DNA from: Nemertoderma westbladi
Taxonomy: Eukaryota > Animalia > Xenacoelomorpha
Reading direction: 5' to 3'
DNA: 64,000 nucleotides
NCBI GenBank assembly: GCA_032718475.1
Contig: JAUCBJ010007509.1
Coordinates: forward strand, 6,086 to 70,085
Shown one piece after another: positions 46,161-59,554 of this stretch. Both the position numbers and the translations under genes were made by a program. The notes under the pieces were generated by a model. It was not told the DNA's origin, did no database searches, and was given only the letters and a program-made list of their open reading frames with translations. How positions within the stretch are numbered: the stretch's first letter is position 1; every line of letters begins with the position of its first letter.

Positions 46161-48479
46161 TTTTGGGCCAAAGAGACACAAAATATAACCCTAATTCTTG
46201 GGCTAACTTTTTCGACTAAATCTGTATTCAGCCCTGTATCCAGGGTTATTCAGGGTGAAATTATAAGAAAAAACGTTATAAGAAATCGTATGTGTGTTAT
46301 AGTTATAGCTCAGATGAAATGAATAAAATAAATTTTAAAATAGAACAGTAAAACAACATTACTTACCTTAGAAATGCCATGATGCTTAGACTGGCTCTGG
46401 CATTGGTATGGGTAATGTCAAGCCAGAAAGTAAGACAACCAGTAGAGACAGTAACCATTGCAGGGAAGTGAGTATAAATGATATAGTTGAGGCTTTGTCT
46501 TTCAAAGAACATGGTCATCTTTAGCATAGTTTCTACATCACCTATTTTAATCATGGTACATATATAGATAAATAGATAAATGTAAAATTATACTTTTAGT
46601 AAGTTATGTGTAATTAGGGAGCATTATTAACATATAGCGCTATAAGCTTGCTGAATAAAATTATATTTCCTAATTAAATTCATAGAGGAATTTAATTAGA
46701 TAAAATGAAAACTAAATGAATATTGTTTATGAAAGATAAATAAAATATATAATTAAATAAAATTTAATTTTTAATAATTATAATAATTTAAATTTAATAA
46801 TAAAATTTGCTTCGCATTCTTGCAGCCATAGAAATATTGTTAATTTCACTAGAAACACTAAAACTGCCACAATTTTGGGCGAAATTTATCGAGAGTTTGT
46901 TTTTATGAATTAGCATCCTCAGCTCCCATAACTTATCGGTTACAATATAAATATTTCTCCTCACAATTTTTTATATTAACTATTTAATAATTTTTAAATG
47001 GGTTCAGTATTTAACTATTTTAAAAATATATAGTGAAAATCATCAATTGGTTAAAATAAAAAAAATTATAAAATACTGGAGGAGTTGAATTTGAAAATGG
47101 GAAATGGCGTCAGGAATCCGACAGGAAATAATTGTCTTCAAAGTCTAAAGCTTCCTTCCAGCTCAAAACTATGTCTGGGATCTGGTAGATGAATAATGTC
47201 TGCCACAATGGAAGCACACTGCCGAGCTAACATTTTCATAACAGGGGTTTTACATAAATATGTTTATCCATTTTGGGTCAAACGTGACCCAAATGGTTGA
47301 ACACGGGAGGGAATTGTTTAGTGACAAATAACACAAATTCAATGAGAAGTGATATAATGTGAAAATAGAGCATTCACTCTTATGTGCAAAGTCATAGAAT
47401 GGCTATGAATGGTAGAATGGGTCTTCCATACATACTATTTAGAAGTTACATATGACTGAAAAATGTAAGTTTTAAATTTTTAAAACTAAATAGATTAAAT
47501 TTAAAAAAATAGAGTAAAAATACAAAAATAAATTAAGTAAATAAAAATCAAATTTAAAAGTTAAATATAGTAATTCAAATTTCAAATATGGTAAATAATA
47601 TAAGTATATATAATGCGATTAAGTGTAAGTGTTAACCTTTTTCACCAATAATTTGCTCGGATGTGAGTTTGGATTTTGTAAACGAGAAATCATTAATGAT
47701 ATTAACTTTGAGCATCGTTGTAAAGTTGTTATTTTTCTCCCAATTTGGAATTATTTCCACACCTCTTATAACTGCATAGAGTAATAGTATATTATATCTG
47801 TAATGTAGTGTGGTTGACCTTTATATATTTATTTTGTTAAAAGTTATATAACCATATTTAATGCATTGTAGTGAATACTAAACCAATTTACTTAATAAAC
47901 TACTACTACAAGGTTGTGTGAGTTCAGATAATTATACATACTGTAGTTGTCGCAATTTCGTTTCACTTAAGTCCAGTATCCCTTTCAAGTTACCATGTCA
48001 AACCCAGTCTATGTTGGAGATGCCTACTTTGAGTTGGTGGCAAGAAAAGTAGTTCCCTTGCGATAATTTTGCGTTCACTCGCAATAATTTAGCGTTCCCT
48101 CACGATAATTTCGCGTTTCCTCGCGATAATTTCGTGTTCCCTCACGATAATTTCGCGTTCCCTCGTGATAATTTCGTGTTCCCTCGCGATAATTTCGCGT
48201 TCACTCGCGAAATATTTTGCATTCCCTCACGATAATTTTGCGTTTCCTCGTGATAATTTCGCGTTCCCTCGCGAAATATTTCAGAACTGAGCGGTGATCT
48301 TTCTAGCTAATCAGACAAACCAGTAGGCCTATAGTATAGGTGATGGTACACAAAACAATAGGCTATACTGGTAGTGATAGCAGATGTCGGAACAGGAGAC
48401 CAATGGGAATATCATGATTGAGAATTATATCGAACTTGGTTTTACTTATTTGCAAGTTTGCAATATTTAGAGTTCTAAC

Positions 48480-49148
48480 TAAGTTAATTGCTGGCTATTT
48501 TTTGGAGGCTATTATGTCATTAAAGGGGTGTTCTAGAATTGTACGAGGTGATATGGGAACCGAAAATGCACGAGTCACAATGATACAGTGATACTTGAGA
48601 AGAAATGGTACAGATACTTTACAACCAATATGTTACATAAATGGCGCGAGTACAGCTAACCAGCGCATTGAATCGTTTTGGGTGATGCTAAGACGTGGCT
48701 GCACTGAATATTGGATTGCGTTTTTTCACAACCTGCAGGATACAGGATAGTTCAACAGCAGTTATCTACACAAAAGTGTGGTGCAATTTTGTTTTACCTG
48801 TCTAATTCAAACTGAACTCGATAGGTTTGCTAAAGCTTGGCATTGGCACTTGATAAGACCGTCATCTAACCCAAATGTGCCCTCTGGTAGACTGGATGTG
48901 ATGTATGAGGCGCCACAATTATGAGCTACCAAGCAGAGCCAGTTCACAGCAGAAGAAAGGTTCAACATTCGACAGAGGAAGTGATATTCCGGACAACATC
49001 AGACTATTGTGATAATGATATTTACAATCGTTGCATTGATATTTTGGCTGAAAACGATTTTCAGCTACCAAATTCCCCTTCCAGTGCTCAGAATTTGTAT
49101 ACTTTTTTAGTCACCAGCATTGAGGAAGCAATTGGTGGTAGTGAGTGA
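48480..49148 (+). pseudogene. IS3EU-like integrase-core transposase fragment
   Basis: VRGDMGTEN..GASTANQRIESFW..LRR..QFCF..IQTELD..WHWHLIRPS..PSGR, with stops. Confidence 0.8.
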
Positions 49149-49372
49149 CTGAACACTGAACTAACTGATTGTTTTGTTAAGTAACACTTGTACTGAGTAA
49201 CATGTCCATGGGGGCATGGTTTTGTTAAGTAACACGTGTAATGAGTAACACATCCATGGGAGCATGAAGTGAGCAAAGCCTTAGCATTTGCGCTCGTTCG
49301 TTTTTTACTAAAATTCAGATTCTTATAAATAATCTTTTGGCAGACTACATGCGTACCAAGTTTGGTTGAATT

Positions 49373-49687
49373 TCATAAAAGAATAATATTCCTGTATATA
49401 TTTCCTGTAGGCATATGGGTATCGGAACTTTCTGGTTTATTTGATCCATGGACTTGGACTCTACTAAATGTGATTGCGCTTAAATGGTCAACATATGCAG
49501 GAAGATATGATGATAGTGATATGTAATAATATATAATGATATGATGAGTAATATCATCCATCAATATAATTATTGAACAATCTATCTTAGCTGCCTCCAT
49601 TTTAGCTAAACTAGTCCCTGAAACTCCACGCGTTTTGAGTAATTCGTACAACCCCTTTGTCCTGGGACAATTATCCATAAAATCCAT
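49373..49687 (-). pseudogene. N-terminus of the convergent second ORF of the IS3EU-like element
   Basis: LYELLKTRGVS..MEAAKID..ILMDD..LSSYLPAY.D, a SAM-like N-terminus seen in such accessory proteins. Confidence 0.5.
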
Positions 49688-50219
49688 AGTCCACTAGTCC
49701 GAAAATAGGCCTACTACTACAGTCAGGAGTCAGACAGTACTACCGATACACGATACACGTATACCTTACAGCAGTGTAAGTACAGCCTTACCATATCTGT
49801 CTGCCCATCAGTGTATGAAGATCTGCAGGCTACAGTGCTGAGGTACTGTACCAGTACCTATTTAGCATGGATTTAGCATGAGGGAACGCGACATATTTCG
49901 CGAGGGAACATGAAATTATCATGAGGGAATGCGAAATATTTCGCGAGGGAACACAAAATTATCACGAGGGAACGCGAAATATTACGCGACGGAATGCAAA
50001 ATATTTGGCGAGGGATCGCGAAATATATCGTGTTCGAATGCGAAATGATCGCGAGGGAACGTTAAATTATATATTTCTTCAGGGAAAGCAAAGTATATCG
50101 CGTTCGAACGCGAAATTATTGCGAGGCAACATGAAATTATCGTGAGGGAACACGAAATATTTTGTGAGGGAACGCAAAATATATATTTTTCCTCTCATAT
50201 TAGGGGGTCCGTAGAGACC

Positions 50220-53200
50220 TGATATAGAGGTACAAAAACACTACTGCTGTATTGTCCTTATTATTATCTGTTATATTTTGATTATTAGTTTTCCTTGATG
50301 TACTGCCGTGCCTTTCTGTTACTGTCTTATTGTTCTCCTTTTGTATTAGTTTTCCTTGATGTACGGCCATGCCTTTCTGTTACTGTCTTTCTGGTCTCCT
50401 TTTGTATTTGATATATTTGTGTATCTGTCATTCTATTTATGGTTCTGAGATTATACACAACACCCCATCACACAATGACTCCTTAACAGTGGTGACCCAG
50501 ACTCAGCACTCCAGCCTTGTGAAATACAATACAGCAATATGCCAACCCAGTCTACAGTACTGGTTACACTAGAGGACTTACCCTGATCATCCGTACACTC
50601 TACCTACGCCAGCACACAGTACATACCGATACAATCATGCCTGAAAGCGATGATGATGCTAGAGCTGCAGGTTAACTATCGCCCAAGTTTCCATAAAGCC
50701 ACCCGTGTTTTATTGATCCAATCCCTGTGTTTGGTTCCAGTTGATGGAATCTCATTTCATATTGGCAGGAATTACAAATGTACAAAATTTCACCACATGA
50801 TGGCCAATCTACCGGAGGATGTTACTCTCAATATAGCCTCCGACATCAACAAATATGGGGACATCAAAGATGTAATCTTACAACTTTCCCAAAAGACCAA
50901 TACCGAGTTATTAGAAGAAGCCCTCGGACAAGTATTGCTTGATGGAGAGAGAGTGTCATCTCACAAAAGCGGATGATGACATCATGCGCCATAAACTCGC
51001 TCTAGTCTAGTTCGCTCTAGTTGCACACCAACAACTTCCACAAGAGGAATTTGCTGTGCTCGCAGACACTATTTTACAGTTCAGCCAAGCATCTGAACAA
51101 CCTTGTTCAATAGTCTCTAAGATCTCAACTAAACCGGATGCCGACTGTGACTAGAATCTATAAACTGCGGCAGTTCCGGCTATTCCAACAGCCCGCGTAA
51201 ACGGAACAACTGCAATGGAGTTGACCATCGTCAATCTAATCCCTCATCGTTCCCCGGGGGTGCCTTGTTCCCATTTTTAGAAGGTCAAAAACCAAAAATA
51301 TGTTGCTACCATGTCTACTACAGGGGCCGTGCTAGGCCTGTAAACCTTGGTCACGCCCTCCGTCACATTCTCAATCCCGATCGACCTCCCCTAGTCGATC
51401 GGAAAACTAACAACCCTCAGTACAGCAGCTGCATGTACTGAGGGTGCTGCCATTTTTCCAGACAACTGCAGCCATCTCAATCTTGACGACTAATGAACGC
51501 AAACTCACCTTTCTAATAGACACTGGCTCACATGTTTCTCTCCTACAGCCATCCTCTGAAGGACTATTGTTGGGAACCCACACCCATCTGCCTACACAAT
51601 GCGTCAGGCTCTCCTATCACCATCCATGGTAAAATACACTTACATATCTCGTTTCTTCGGCAAAATCTCCCATTCATCTTCTATATCACTGATGTTTGAG
51701 ACAACATTCTTGAATTCGACTATCTTTATCAAAATGAGATGTTGTTGGATTGTAAAACCCACGAGATTATAGATAAGAAAACGAATCTATACTCATCAGT
51801 GGTTGAACCCAAAAACACACGGAGTTTCTCCGTCTCTAAAGTTGAGATCAGCCACCCAGATTCTCAACTAAAACAACTCTTTAAAGAATTCTCCCCCTAT
51901 TTGATCCTGACAATGTGTCTTGTTCCGGTTTTGTTCCTGATACTGCACACCGGATCATTACTGGAGATCACCAATCTGTATTCTGTAAACCTCGCCAACT
52001 CACAGGAACTAAACTCAAAGTTGCTAAACAAGTATTTGAAGACATGCTACAAAAAGGATTAATACAACCATCCAGCAGTCCCTGGGCATCTCCGCTCCAC
52101 ATGGTCCCTAAAAAGCGATCCGTGGATCAGTGGCGACCTTGTGGAGACTATCGCGCTTTAAAGCTGGCCACTCAACCAGATCGCTATCCGATCCCACATA
52201 TTAACCACTTCAACACTCAACTCAAAGACTCAACCATATTCAGCTCAATCGATCTTGTCCATGCGTACAACCAAAGAAGCGTCTCCCCAGAAGTCTACAA
52301 GAAGATACCTAAAACTGCTGTGACAACTCCTTTTGGTCTGTACAAATATTTGAGTCTTCAGTCTTTCCAACAAACCATGCACAAAGTTTTCCATGATATT
52401 CCATTCGTCTTTATTTACTTAGATGACATTTTGGTACATAGGAAAGATCAAGAAACTCATTATAAACATCTATGCGTGGTTTTCGAACGACTCCATAAAT
52501 ACAACCTAAAGATAAATTTTGATAATGTAAATGGCTCCATGACTCCATGGTGTTTCTAGGATTTAATCTCTCCACCACAGGCATCTCGCGTCCAGTCGAG
52601 CATGTTGCCACGTTGACCGATCTCCCAGAACTCAACAGTTATGCAGAGCTGCGAAGAACAATCGGTATGTTTACTTTTTACCGATGATTCATTCCCCATT
52701 TCAGCTCCATCATAGAGCCTCTTCAAACACTGCTTAATAAAACCCAACCAACCAAGAGACACTCCCCTCACCAAAAGTTTATACAGGAAGAGTGGACTCC
52801 CGAACATTCTTTATAATTTACTGACCTGAAGTCAGCATTATCAAATGCTATACTGCTCCATCACCTACCAATTGATGATTCTCCATTGACCCTCACAACT
52901 GATGCATCTAAGATAGCTATTGGTGGGGCACTTCACAATACAATATTGACAGAAGAATCAATTCCTAGGTTTTTACTCGCGTCGACTCACCATGATTCTC
53001 AGTGGTCCACATTCGATAGAGAATTACAGCATACCAATCGACTATTTATTTCCATGAAACCCTTGAAGGCCAAACAGTTACATTGTTCACAGATCATAAG
53101 CCTCTAGTATCCGCTTTTAACAAAATGAACAGCGTTTCTCAGAGACAAAACTGCCAACTCTCATTCCTCACCGAATATATCGACCACATGGAGTATATAT

Positions 53201-53460
53201 CTAGTGATACCAATTTAGTTGCAGATACTTTATCTCGGCAAGTTAGTTCTACTCATATTGAAACTTTTGGATTGGATGATATTGCCCAAGCTCAATCACA
53301 AAATCCGGATTTAATTCCTCCAGACTGTTCCTTGAAAACTGTAACATTTAACACAGCAAATGGACGAGATCTCATCTGCAATACTTCCACAATCCACGCG
53401 ACCAATCATCCCGTCCAGCTTACAGAAAATAATCTCCGATGAGTTACATGGTCTCAATTT
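50220..53460 (+). mobile_element. Degenerate Ty3/Gypsy LTR retrotransposon (5' LTR, gag, PR, RT, RNase H; truncated at integrase)
   Basis: LTR end TTAACA (50488), PBS TGGTGACCCAG (50490), [49 protein letters not shown]; many frameshifts; LTR start is approximate. Confidence 0.9.
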
Positions 53461-54429
53461 AAGAAAGTACTCTAGGGTTTCTCTATATAATATTATTAAA
53501 AACACAATTAACCCCGGATGTGGGTGTTTACAATTATTATTATTAAAAATGCAATATTAACTATTAATATTTATGACAACGATTTTAACATGTTAAATTA
53601 TTCATACACATCACATATACACAAGCATAAATTCACACATAGAATATATTTCAATAAATCACTGATCTGGGCTAATCTGTGAGGTCTTTTTTGCTTGTAC
53701 TTTTCACCTATTTATCTTCTCTATTGAAATGTTAACAATAATATATATATGTTAATATTTAGTTGTAAAAACTCGTGTTTAATGTTTATTACAAGTTTCT
53801 TAATAAATTGTGATATATATTACACCAAGGTATTCATTCGAATGTGGAATCTTGAGTTCATATCTACTCACAATCATTTGCGTAAATGGCAAACAATACC
53901 ATGGTGCAGTTCATGACATCATGTGGAAAAAAAGATACATCATTGTTGCAAAGCATTGTTCTCTTCTGCCTGGAACAAACACAATTTTAAATATTGTTTA
54001 GCTATATAAATAATAGTAATTGTTTTAAACCTCTGGGACTAAAAATAATTATGTCAGGTTCAATGATCATGATCATTCTTGACATATCTTAAATGCTCTC
54101 ATTAAACAACTCGTTAAAAATATGGTACACACTTTTAAACAGGATACTACTGTAAAATATCATAGTTTTTAATTACGTTTGGCATGCTTTAACAAGGCCT
54201 GTTGGTAATATGGTAGCTGTTAAGATATCCTTTTCACCAGATATGTGTAATGCCCCACGCAAATGTTCCATAACAACCAACCATAAATATGATATATCAT
54301 CTTCACTTGATACCAAGAATGGTGCAGTCAGTGTACCAATCTACAACAACATAAATTGTAAATGTCAAGATGAGCGCAGTCAAAATAACATTCTACAACA
54401 TAAGATATGTAATCAGGTGACCTCCGGGT

Positions 54430-57400
54430 AGAAAGTCTGATGCTCTAACAATTTCGATAGCCGCTCCAGTAAAAGGTAGACCTGGAAATACTACCTGATA
54501 AATACTACCCTTCCCAACTCATTCATTCAATGTGGACTCTGCCTCCGAATGTAGCGTCCCTGCCTGGAATGACCTCCAGGCTCGCTAACCTTCTCCCACA
54601 GCAAATATCACTGATAGGTTCAGATTTCCCATCCTTAATCCAAGTTTCTTGAGTGCCTTTACCGAGTCGATTCCTATGGTTCCATGGTACATCAGCACGC
54701 ATGCAGAAACAGTAACCAGGGTGGAGTCATTGTCAAAACATTTCCTGCACCAATCGCTGCTAGGATGTCATTCTACAGTATGTTTATTGCTAGGATGTGA
54801 TTATTCTGCTGGATGTTTTATCATTGTAGGATATTAGTTGTACTGGTCTCGTGATAGATTCAGTGATTATTATTAATTCCTACGGTGCTGACTTAAATAT
54901 ATATCGCAGTATATTGCACTATATTGCAGTACCATTCATCAGTCAGGACACCCTGCCTGTACTACTGTATACATTATTCCAGTATGTCTGTATGTCGCTC
55001 ATACTCTCAATATATACTGCTGTATAATATATGATAGTTGGATTCTTAAATACAACCTTAACAGTCGCGAATGGCCACAACCCTGGACCATCACCACTGA
55101 ACATCTAGGTTTGTTGACCTCATCATCTTTATACATTACTATATCCGGGGATCAGTTTCCCTCTGGAATTGAAATCAGAGGTCTATGAAGTACGTTTTGT
55201 CCTCTGTACTTCAACTGATCTGCTAAGAGTTTTTGGAAATGCTCATGGTGCCTGTTTCATTCCAGCTGGGTCTTTGGGCATATTGGAAGTATATGGCCAA
55301 GGGTTTATATTTTGCAGCATGTATAGCATGCTCGTGATACCTGGTTCCTCACCTCGCCTCTAGTATTCCTCGCCTTGTTATATAAGAGGTTTCCTTGAAG
55401 GTGAATCATCCCTATCCACTCCCTGGCTGGGATCCACGTAGGGGGTTCAGGCAAACCATTTCTGTGTTTCAGGACTGCCAGCTGCATCCTTGAGTCCTGA
55501 TCCATCCTTATTGCTATACAGCCTGGACTGCCATACCTATAGTATCACTCTCTTGTTCTCTCATGGTGCGTTGTCGATAAGTAATCACTCGCTAGCTTTC
55601 AAAAGCGTTTAAGATTGGCTCTCATCTTTGGACTCCACAACTCTTCCCAGTCTCTGAGTCATTAACAGCAGGATCTGTATAACTAGGGCTGGAATATCCA
55701 GTCACCCATCCTTGGAGTGAGCATGGAAATAAGTGAGGGGGTATCTCGTGGCATTTTCAGCCCCTTCCTCACCACAGCCCTTATTTTTCAGTCAACTCAT
55801 TTTAGTAGTTTCTTAGTTGGGCATCCTATAACATTTGGTAGTAGATTACAGGGATGACATTTACCTTTATGATGGACAACCTGTGTTGTGGCTTCAAAGG
55901 TGCCTTTGTTATGTTTCTGAGGATGGTTATATGTCTGTTTTCAATATCCACCTTTGCTTCTTCTGCTCCTATCAGTGTAGCAAGGTATCTTTGGGTGTCG
56001 TCAAGCCGCATCGCTGGTATCAGTTCCCTGTTCGCAACAAGAAATGGGTTTGGGTTCACATTCCACTTCTTGGTTATTTAAGCTCGCTGACTTTCCCTTC
56101 AGACTGTACCTGATGGACAATCCTGCCTTTTTTTAAGGCTGCCTCTATGCTCGCAAGGTTGGTGCAACATCCCTCAGGCGTAGATGCTACTAGAGCAATG
56201 TCATCTGCAAACGCTACATGGTTTATAGTAATGTCCCACTTCTCATCAGTGAATCTTAGGCGATAGCCAATGCCATCTTCGAGGTGGGACAGACCCCAAT
56301 CCATTATCATTAGGAAGAACCCACTCGATAGAGGGTCTCCCTCTTTTTTGCACCATGTCTGATTACTAGGGGCTGGCTCAGCTCATTAAGGACTCTCAGC
56401 CGTGTTGTAGATTCGGTATATAGGTACCTCATATATCTAATGAAGCAATGGGAGATACCCAGCCGGGCTGCAGCTAGCAGCAGCAAGTCATAGGAGATGC
56501 TGTCAAATGCCTCAGAAACAACAATGATAGCAAGGCATATGTGAGATGGTGCTGATGTGCCTGTTCATAATGCTGTGTAGTAACCCAATATTATCTCAGC
56601 ATCCATCACCCGTAAGGAACCCTTTCTGCCATTTACCAATGGATAAACCTGCTTCCATTTCCTTGCCAACATTCTAGTAGTCTGATGACCATAGAACTGA
56701 TGGTTATCAGTCTATGTTCCTCTGGCCATGTTGGATTTTCTATCTTTGGGATTAGGATAGTTACACCTAGTCTAAGCCTTCAAGGTTGGTATCCCACAAA
56801 TTACCATGCCTTAAAGTGACCTGCTAAGAGGTCTATAGGGGTCTTTCAGAGGTCTGGACCATGCCAGGACTGGATTCCATCATCCTCATCATCTCTGTGC
56901 GAAGGTCTTTCGGATCAAAGGAATGGATGAGTTCCCAACACATTTTGTTAACCTGTTTCAGTGTCCTTTTATCTGATGCACTTTGCATTCCAAATTTAGC
57001 AGCCCAGAAGGGTATAACTTTATCCAGTGGCATTCGTTGCCTTTAATTCCACTATGTATCTTTGAGGACTGACTCGATACAAAACACTTTTGGTTTCTCT
57101 TCATTAGGGATTGTACTCTCAGATAATAATACCTCTTCTTAATAAATTCCTCAAAAGAGCTTTCGATGCAGTCTTTTGTCTCTTGGCTGAGATTCCCATG
57201 GTTCTGTATAACATTCCATACCATCACATGATCTCTCATAAGGGAACTTTGGAAGGAGGTTTTATGCGACTCGAACCAGTCCTCGTTGGCCTGATGATCA
57301 ATATCAGATTCATCTGATCCCCGGTTTGCAGTGTCCTTGAATAACTGGGTGGATACATGATCGAGCTTCACAGTTGGCTTTTGTGTAGAGACCAATGTCT

Positions 57401-57480
57401 CCTCACCATTGACTGATGTCATTTTCATGGGTGCCTAACTCTTAGTCAGGGTATTATTATCAGGTGTCCAAAATACATCG
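54430..57480 (-). pseudogene. Degenerate R2/NeSL-like (restriction-like endonuclease) non-LTR retrotransposon
   Basis: AFADDIALVA, KAPLKPQHRL, FHAHSKDG, CYTCCKI*TLGHILPICP..RHH zinc knuckle, C-terminal KALKKLG..AWRSF; interrupted around 54750-55170. Confidence 0.8.
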
Positions 57481-59088
57481 CTTTCATTTGTCCCTTTAGG
57501 TATGGTAGGGCTGATGAAGGTCTCTTCAATATATATATACCAATGTATCACTGTTGATATATATATACTATTTTTCACTTATGGAACAAATAATTATTTC
57601 ATCAAGCAAAATAAAGCCAAACAAAGTCAACCAAAACAATCTGTCCTGACTTCCTAAACAACGAAAATGAGTGCAAGTGGCCCTAAACACTCGGTCTGTT
57701 CACTAATCGCTGAGAATGTGGGCAGTTCACTAGGCAATCGAATATTTGTTCGGAGAATATTTTATTATTTCGACTCCTAAATAGTACAATGTGGCTGTAA
57801 TTGCGGTTGGATTATGACATTAGATTTACTGAATGTAGTACCCAACATTAAGACAACCGCTTAAGGTAGAATTATCAGTTTAATTTATTATCTAAATGTA
57901 AATAACTAAACTATTCACCGCTATGCAGCCTAATATTTTATTTATTTTACTTGCCTAATTTGCATGGACCTATGCTAATTTTAATTATACAGATTTGGAC
58001 GCAAACTACTGTACCTAATTTATTTTGTATACCAGAATTATAACGCTAACTATAGTTATGTTACTGGGTTACAATAGAGTTAGCCTAAATTACTGTATTA
58101 ATTTGCTCTAATTTAAATTAAAATAAATGTTTATTAGAAATAGAAAACAGTCAAGAAATATTATTTTAGCGCCTATCTACTAACTGACTAACAGCACAAC
58201 GAATAAAGCACTACCATACTGCATTAGCATTAGCTTTAGCATTAGCGTGAATTACTTAAGCCACCTATGATCTCTCCGAAAACCGCTAAAGAAGGGACAT
58301 AATCCAGATTGCCTCCCCCTTACTGCCTTGGGCTAACAGGCCTAGCACTCCAATCATTTCAAGCCACCCGCCGCCTAGTCTTTCCCTTGCTTACTAGCCT
58401 TGCCAGGCATTTAGTTCCCCGTTGCTACCTCCTTCCGTCGCCTTCCCGGTAGTGCGCCCATGTACTCCTATAGCCCAACATAATCGCATAATCAATTCAA
58501 ACAGAGTGACAGTAGTATAGCATACAAGCACCAATCAAGAAATAATTACATTATTAGCAGTTTGTATTCGAATTAATCAATAGTCAGACACATGCAATCA
58601 AGAAATCAGCAACAGTATAACAGTAATCATTTAACAAATTCAGATTTTTAACAAAATCACATAGGCGAAACCTAACAATTCCGGCACCAGTAAGACTAGG
58701 GTAAGACCAGGAAAATTAAAGATGGTGGCCAACAATGATGTAATTCTATTAATACAGTAGCACAAATCATGATATCTCAGCTGACTTTTTGTCCAATCAG
58801 AAAGCCAAAAAGCACCAACTTAATTTCATATAAATTTAAAATATATTACAATACAAATTAAGCAAATTATTGATTGATAAAGAAATACAAGCGAATTTAG
58901 CACAATTAAGGAAGGTATAGATTTAGTAGGTACTGTATAACGGCAAATATGTATAAACTAGTATTTATAGGTTTTGTTACCGGTATAATTGTGATAGGTA
59001 AATTACACAGGGTTATAAGATATGTCAATCTAAAGAACAATTATAAGATTGAATTGGGAATATATATGATAGGTTAATCCCAGGAAAG

Positions 59089-59216
59089 ATAGATTAGTAG
59101 ATTGACTGCACCTATCATAATGTATGTTTATGTTGTATATTTGTTAGTATAATTATACTATTCAATCTACAACATAAACAGATATGATGATAGGTGCAGT
59201 CAATCTACTAATCTAT
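59089..59216. repeat. 128-bp near-perfect inverted repeat (hairpin)
   Basis: ATAGATTAGTAGATTGACTGCACCTATCAT pairs with 59187-59216; inner arms pair imperfectly; centre is the palindrome TAGTATAATTATACTA. Confidence 0.9.
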
Positions 59217-59222
59217 AACATA

Positions 59223-59554
59223 CTACTAGGTTCGGCATGTTGCATTGCAGCTACATTTTTAAAAAAATGCTGTGCTGGCTTGTACCAACACCATTCCCTA
59301 TATTCATGGCATTTGCTAGATCATCTTCATCTTCAAGGTCAGTGTCCTTTAAGATGCGTCTCAAGAAAGGCTGTCCACCATGCTTATTCAATTCACTCAA
59401 TGAGGATGCCAAAGTACAAGATTATGCACTGGCTGGTCCTTACGGCGAAAGAAATGTCCTGCAAAGTGGAGTCGGCTTTGTTGTAGTGTCAAGCTTACGG
59501 TAACCAATGAGACTCCTCCAATGTTATATCTTGTCTGGTTGGATCTACTTCATT
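59223..59554 (-). mobile_element. 5'-truncated RTE-like LINE with 26-bp TSD
   Basis: CAGTCAATCTACTAAT(C/A)TATAACATA at 59197-59222 and 59555-59580; LVLWHP-type C-terminal coding remnant; TAG tail. Confidence 0.75.

Larger units (their letters stand above)
48053..50213. mobile_element. IS3EU-type DNA transposon remnant with inverted 21-22-bp subterminal arrays
   Basis: CGATAATTTCGCGTTCCCTCG array at 48053-48281 and its inverse at 49878-50180; right terminus reads TACGG on the - strand; left terminus missing. Confidence 0.75.
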